Below are positions 14,285-16,791 of a DNA stretch of 16,791 nt, piece by piece; the first letter of the stretch is position 1, and every line of letters starts with the position of its first letter. Source of the stretch: Fibrobacterota bacterium (GTDB lineage Bacteria; Fibrobacterota; Fibrobacteria; UBA11236); the NCBI GenBank assembly GCA_043753995.1, contig JAYUVP010000237.1:1-16791 (forward strand), read 5' to 3'. The position numbers and the translations under genes are program-made. The notes below the pieces were generated by a model. It did no database searches. It was not told where the DNA came from and saw only the letters and a program-made list of their open reading frames with translations.

Positions 14285-15847
14285 ATGGGATACACAACCA
14301 AGTTGGCATTTTGTTTGGCAGCCATTTCCGGGTCAGTATTCCTCTCCTGCATAGACCGGGACAATCCATTCGACCCCCTCAATTTCACTGCCATCAATCC
14401 AGACGAAATACGCATAAAATTGCAGCCTGGCTTCGATAGTCTTTGGGCTAAGGCTAAAACCTTGGGCAACCGGTTTTCCGAGGTTCGAAAATCCTTGGCT
14501 GCGGATAGCGCGGCCTTGCGCCAACGAATGACCGACTTGGATTCCATTCGTACCCTGAATCAGAACCGTCGGACGATAAATGTCGTTGTCCGCAACGAAA
14601 ATACCCCAGCAACCCCCGCCGACTCCTTGCGGAGCTTGGTCGAGCTGGATACGTTGCCTTATTTTCAGCCTAAGAGTCAGTTAGCGATGATTCGTCCCAA
14701 CCGAGCCGAGGTGGGTTATTTACGGGATCGTGTTTTATTTCGTATCGACTCCATCAACCAGGGATATTTCCCGGCCAAGATTTATAGTTCAGCCGAAAGA
14801 AACGCCAAGCAGTTTCCCTACGATTCGCTTTATCGAGTTGGGGATACTTTAATTATCGATTCCTTGCGCTGGGCCCAAGGCCTATCCGCTTATCTGGTAT
14901 CTTGGGGCTCGGAGAATCAGGGGATACAAGGCGAAAATTTCGTTATTCAGAAATACAATGACAGTCTAAGGTATGTGCGTCAGCGGGGCAATCGACCGCT
15001 CATTGTGAATACTGATTCCTTGAATAAAAAAATCACGAATCTCATTGCAGGTGATACTCTTTATTTAGACAACGGAGTTTTTGTCGGTCGAATCAAAATT
15101 GATGCCTCGGGAACCGCGGAAAAACCGATTCTTATTCAAGGCAGTCCTCTGGGTGGCACGGTCTTAAAAGGTAGCGATGTATCAAATCAAGAACTTTTGA
15201 ATATCGATAATCGTAAGCACATCATTTTTCGAGATTTAGTTTTCCGTGATACTAAGAATAGCGGTGGACGGGTCACCTCGAACTCGGATTCGATTGTCTT
15301 CGAACGATGTGATTTCATCAATAATGAAATCTCAGGATTGGATATTATCGATGCCAGTGTCGTGGTTAAAAATTGCCGATTCATAGGCAATCGCGGTAGC
15401 GGCATTTATGCCTCATCGCCCTCCAATACGGCTATCATCAAACTTGTCAATGTCCTAATCGTTCATAATGGCCAATATGGGATTGACGGCGTTGATTTAA
15501 AGGGCTCCCTGAATTGGTCAACGGTTGCCGACAATCGGATCGACGGCGTAAAGCTTGGTGGCAGGGTGGGTGATTTCAGCTTTAATTCGAGCATCATCGC
15601 TTATAATCTCGGCTATGGCATCAATTTTAATAGCGCAACACCAGCAGCAATGGAAAATCTTATTTTCTCCAATTGCAATATCTATGGAAATGCCAGAGCT
15701 GATTTTAGTCAGCCCCTGCCGCCAGCTCAACGACCGCTTTTAAATGTGGATCCCGGCTTTATTAGCCGGGATCGCACGGTAGGTTTGGATTACAACTTGA
15801 TTCCTGAAAGCGAATTGATCAATACCGAGATCGGGTGGCGGCCTTAG
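14285..15847 (+). CDS. lipoprotein with helical stalk and C-terminal right-handed parallel beta-helix (pectin-lyase-like fold)
   Basis: From ATG 14285: MGYTTKLAFCLAAISGSVFLS-C lipobox, followed by IDRDNPFDP. Beta-helix entry AGDTLYLDNGVF...SGTAEKPILIQG and repeats FERCDFINN...G, VKNCRFIGNRGSGI, IVHNGQYGI, IAYNLGYGI, ending NVDPGF...DYNL. ATG 14258 is an alternative start. Confidence 0.8.
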   Translation: MGYTTKLAFCLAAISGSVFLSCIDRDNPFDPLNFTAINPDEIRIKLQPGFDSLWAKAKTLGNRFSEVRKSLAADSAALRQRMTDLDSIRTLNQNRRTINVVVRNENTPATPADSLRSLVELDTLPYFQPKSQLAMIRPNRAEVGYLRDRVLFRIDSINQGYFPAKIYSSAERNAKQFPYDSLYRVGDTLIIDSLRWAQGLSAYLVSWGSENQGIQGENFVIQKYNDSLRYVRQRGNRPLIVNTDSLNKKITNLIAGDTLYLDNGVFVGRIKIDASGTAEKPILIQGSPLGGTVLKGSDVSNQELLNIDNRKHIIFRDLVFRDTKNSGGRVTSNSDSIVFERCDFINNEISGLDIIDASVVVKNCRFIGNRGSGIYASSPSNTAIIKLVNVLIVHNGQYGIDGVDLKGSLNWSTVADNRIDGVKLGGRVGDFSFNSSIIAYNLGYGINFNSATPAAMENLIFSNCNIYGNARADFSQPLPPAQRPLLNVDPGFISRDRTVGLDYNLIPESELINTEIGWRP

Positions 15848-15856
15848 GCCTGAGAC

Positions 15857-15885
15857 AAAAAAAGCCACCCGTTGAAACGGATGGC
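15857..15885 (-). terminator. rho-independent terminator
   Basis: Minus strand GCCATCCGTT-TC-AACGGGTGGC-TTTTTTT: a stem with one U-G pair, then 7 U. It lies between two convergent genes, 25 nt after the stop at 15911. Confidence 0.85.
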
Positions 15886-15910
15886 CCTTGTCCTGGTTTG
15901 ACCAAGGAGA

Positions 15911-16791
15911 TTATAGTTCGCGAATAATCCCGAAGCGAACGTCCTTTTTGCTCTGGTCGTTTACAAAGGCTCCGGTATCCAATTCACGCTGCACGGTGAT
16001 ATTGTAGCGAGCAATATAGGCCCCAGTTCCCGCCTTTTGTCCCTTATTCGACATTCCATTCCATGCGATTTTCACAACGAAATTTCCATTGACCTTGGGA
16101 TAAATGCTGACGCTGCCATTGGTGAGGCCACGCTCATCGAGTCCAAGGGCCGCATTGGTAATTTCACCTTGATACGAGTCCAGAAATTCACCGATATTTG
16201 AGAAGATTTGAATATTGAATTTGAAGCCTCGGTCGGTCAATATGGTCACAGCCGGCTTATTAATAGAGCCATCCACTTCGGTGATCGTCGATCCGCAATT
16301 TTCGCCACAAGGATTCTGTTGATCCTTCTTTCCTCCCGCGATGGGGCGCCATTCCTTTCCATTCCCAGGCACATAAATCACGAAATTCGGTAAGGTATTG
16401 GATTGGGGGACTAGGACATAGGGCTTATCGAAATCAGGCTTTAAAACCGGAGGCCGAGGTATGGTTTTGAGGCCCAGGGCGACCGGGCGATTAGCAAGGT
16501 GAGCCTTGTTTCCAAGATTATCCGTAGCGGTTCCGGCGCCATCGATTTTCACCGAATCTCTTGCCACGGGCGCTTGGGCACCTAGGTCGGCTATAATCAG
16601 CTTAAAGCGAAGCCCACCACCCAAATCCGTAGCGGCGATAACATTCATGGGAATAGGCGCCGCACCGGGTTTGAGCAATAGCAAAGTCGGCCCGACCAAA
16701 CTATTAGGGGCCATTATTTCGTTGAAAACCAAGGACAGGGTATCGACACCGGCGCCCATTTTCTCATAGACCTTGCCGCTATCAATCAAAG
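15911..16791 (-). CDS. 3' part of a large surface/secreted protein with FlgD-Ig-like C-terminal domain (Fibrobacterota-type)
   Basis: The frame is open to the right edge. The C-terminus FNIQIFSNIGEFL...IAWNGMSNKGQKAGTGAYIARY...RFGIIREL resembles the FlgD-Ig-like tails of fibro-slime and related Fibrobacter surface proteins. The upstream DTLSLVFNE...DSVKI...TDNLGN segment is Ig-like. Confidence 0.65.
   Translation of the reverse strand, partial: LIDSGKVYEKMGAGVDTLSLVFNEIMAPNSLVGPTLLLLKPGAAPIPMNVIAATDLGGGLRFKLIIADLGAQAPVARDSVKIDGAGTATDNLGNKAHLANRPVALGLKTIPRPPVLKPDFDKPYVLVPQSNTLPNFVIYVPGNGKEWRPIAGGKKDQQNPCGENCGSTITEVDGSINKPAVTILTDRGFKFNIQIFSNIGEFLDSYQGEITNAALGLDERGLTNGSVSIYPKVNGNFVVKIAWNGMSNKGQKAGTGAYIARYNITVQRELDTGAFVNDQSKKDVRFGIIREL

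Noticed and set aside
14260..14547. N-terminal 96 aa of the listed ORF 13363..14547
   Set aside because: Antisense to the lipoprotein's signal peptide and stalk. A clean signal peptide appears only from ATG 14259/14250.
14900..15700. AT-richer stretch suggesting horizontal acquisition
   Set aside because: Largely explained by Asn/Ile-rich beta-helix coding. No integrase, transposase, tRNA or flanking repeats are present.

Overview
A bacterial motility and cell-envelope region, probably from a flagellated member of the Fibrobacterota/FCB group. The taxonomy is inferred from protein motifs only. Left to right: the 5' end of a FlgJ-like rod-binding gene behind a well-formed sigma-54 promoter; a CBS-domain gene and a lone ABC ATPase; a type IV pilus pilMNOPQ operon with its own sigma-70 promoter; a membrane-anchored PilZ (c-di-GMP receptor) gene; a divergent HDOD-fliN pair; an ECF sigma factor coupled to a 709-aa anti-sigma; a PEGA-domain exported protein head-to-head with a beta-helix lipoprotein; and the 3' end of a surface protein with a FlgD-Ig-like C-terminal domain. 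Three features stand out. (1) The pilP position holds a 714-aa non-lipoprotein with two AMIN-like repeats, an SH3b domain and a C-terminal PilP domain, next to a PilQ with no AMIN domains. (2) The anti-sigma has five tandem ~35-aa cytoplasmic repeats followed by TM-FecR-PEGA-TPR, and no TonB-dependent transducer lies in the window. (3) The lipoprotein stalk is densely packed with D-(S/T)-hydrophobic motifs matching the Bacteroidota O-glycosylation sequon. No mobile element, CRISPR array, tRNA or rRNA was seen.
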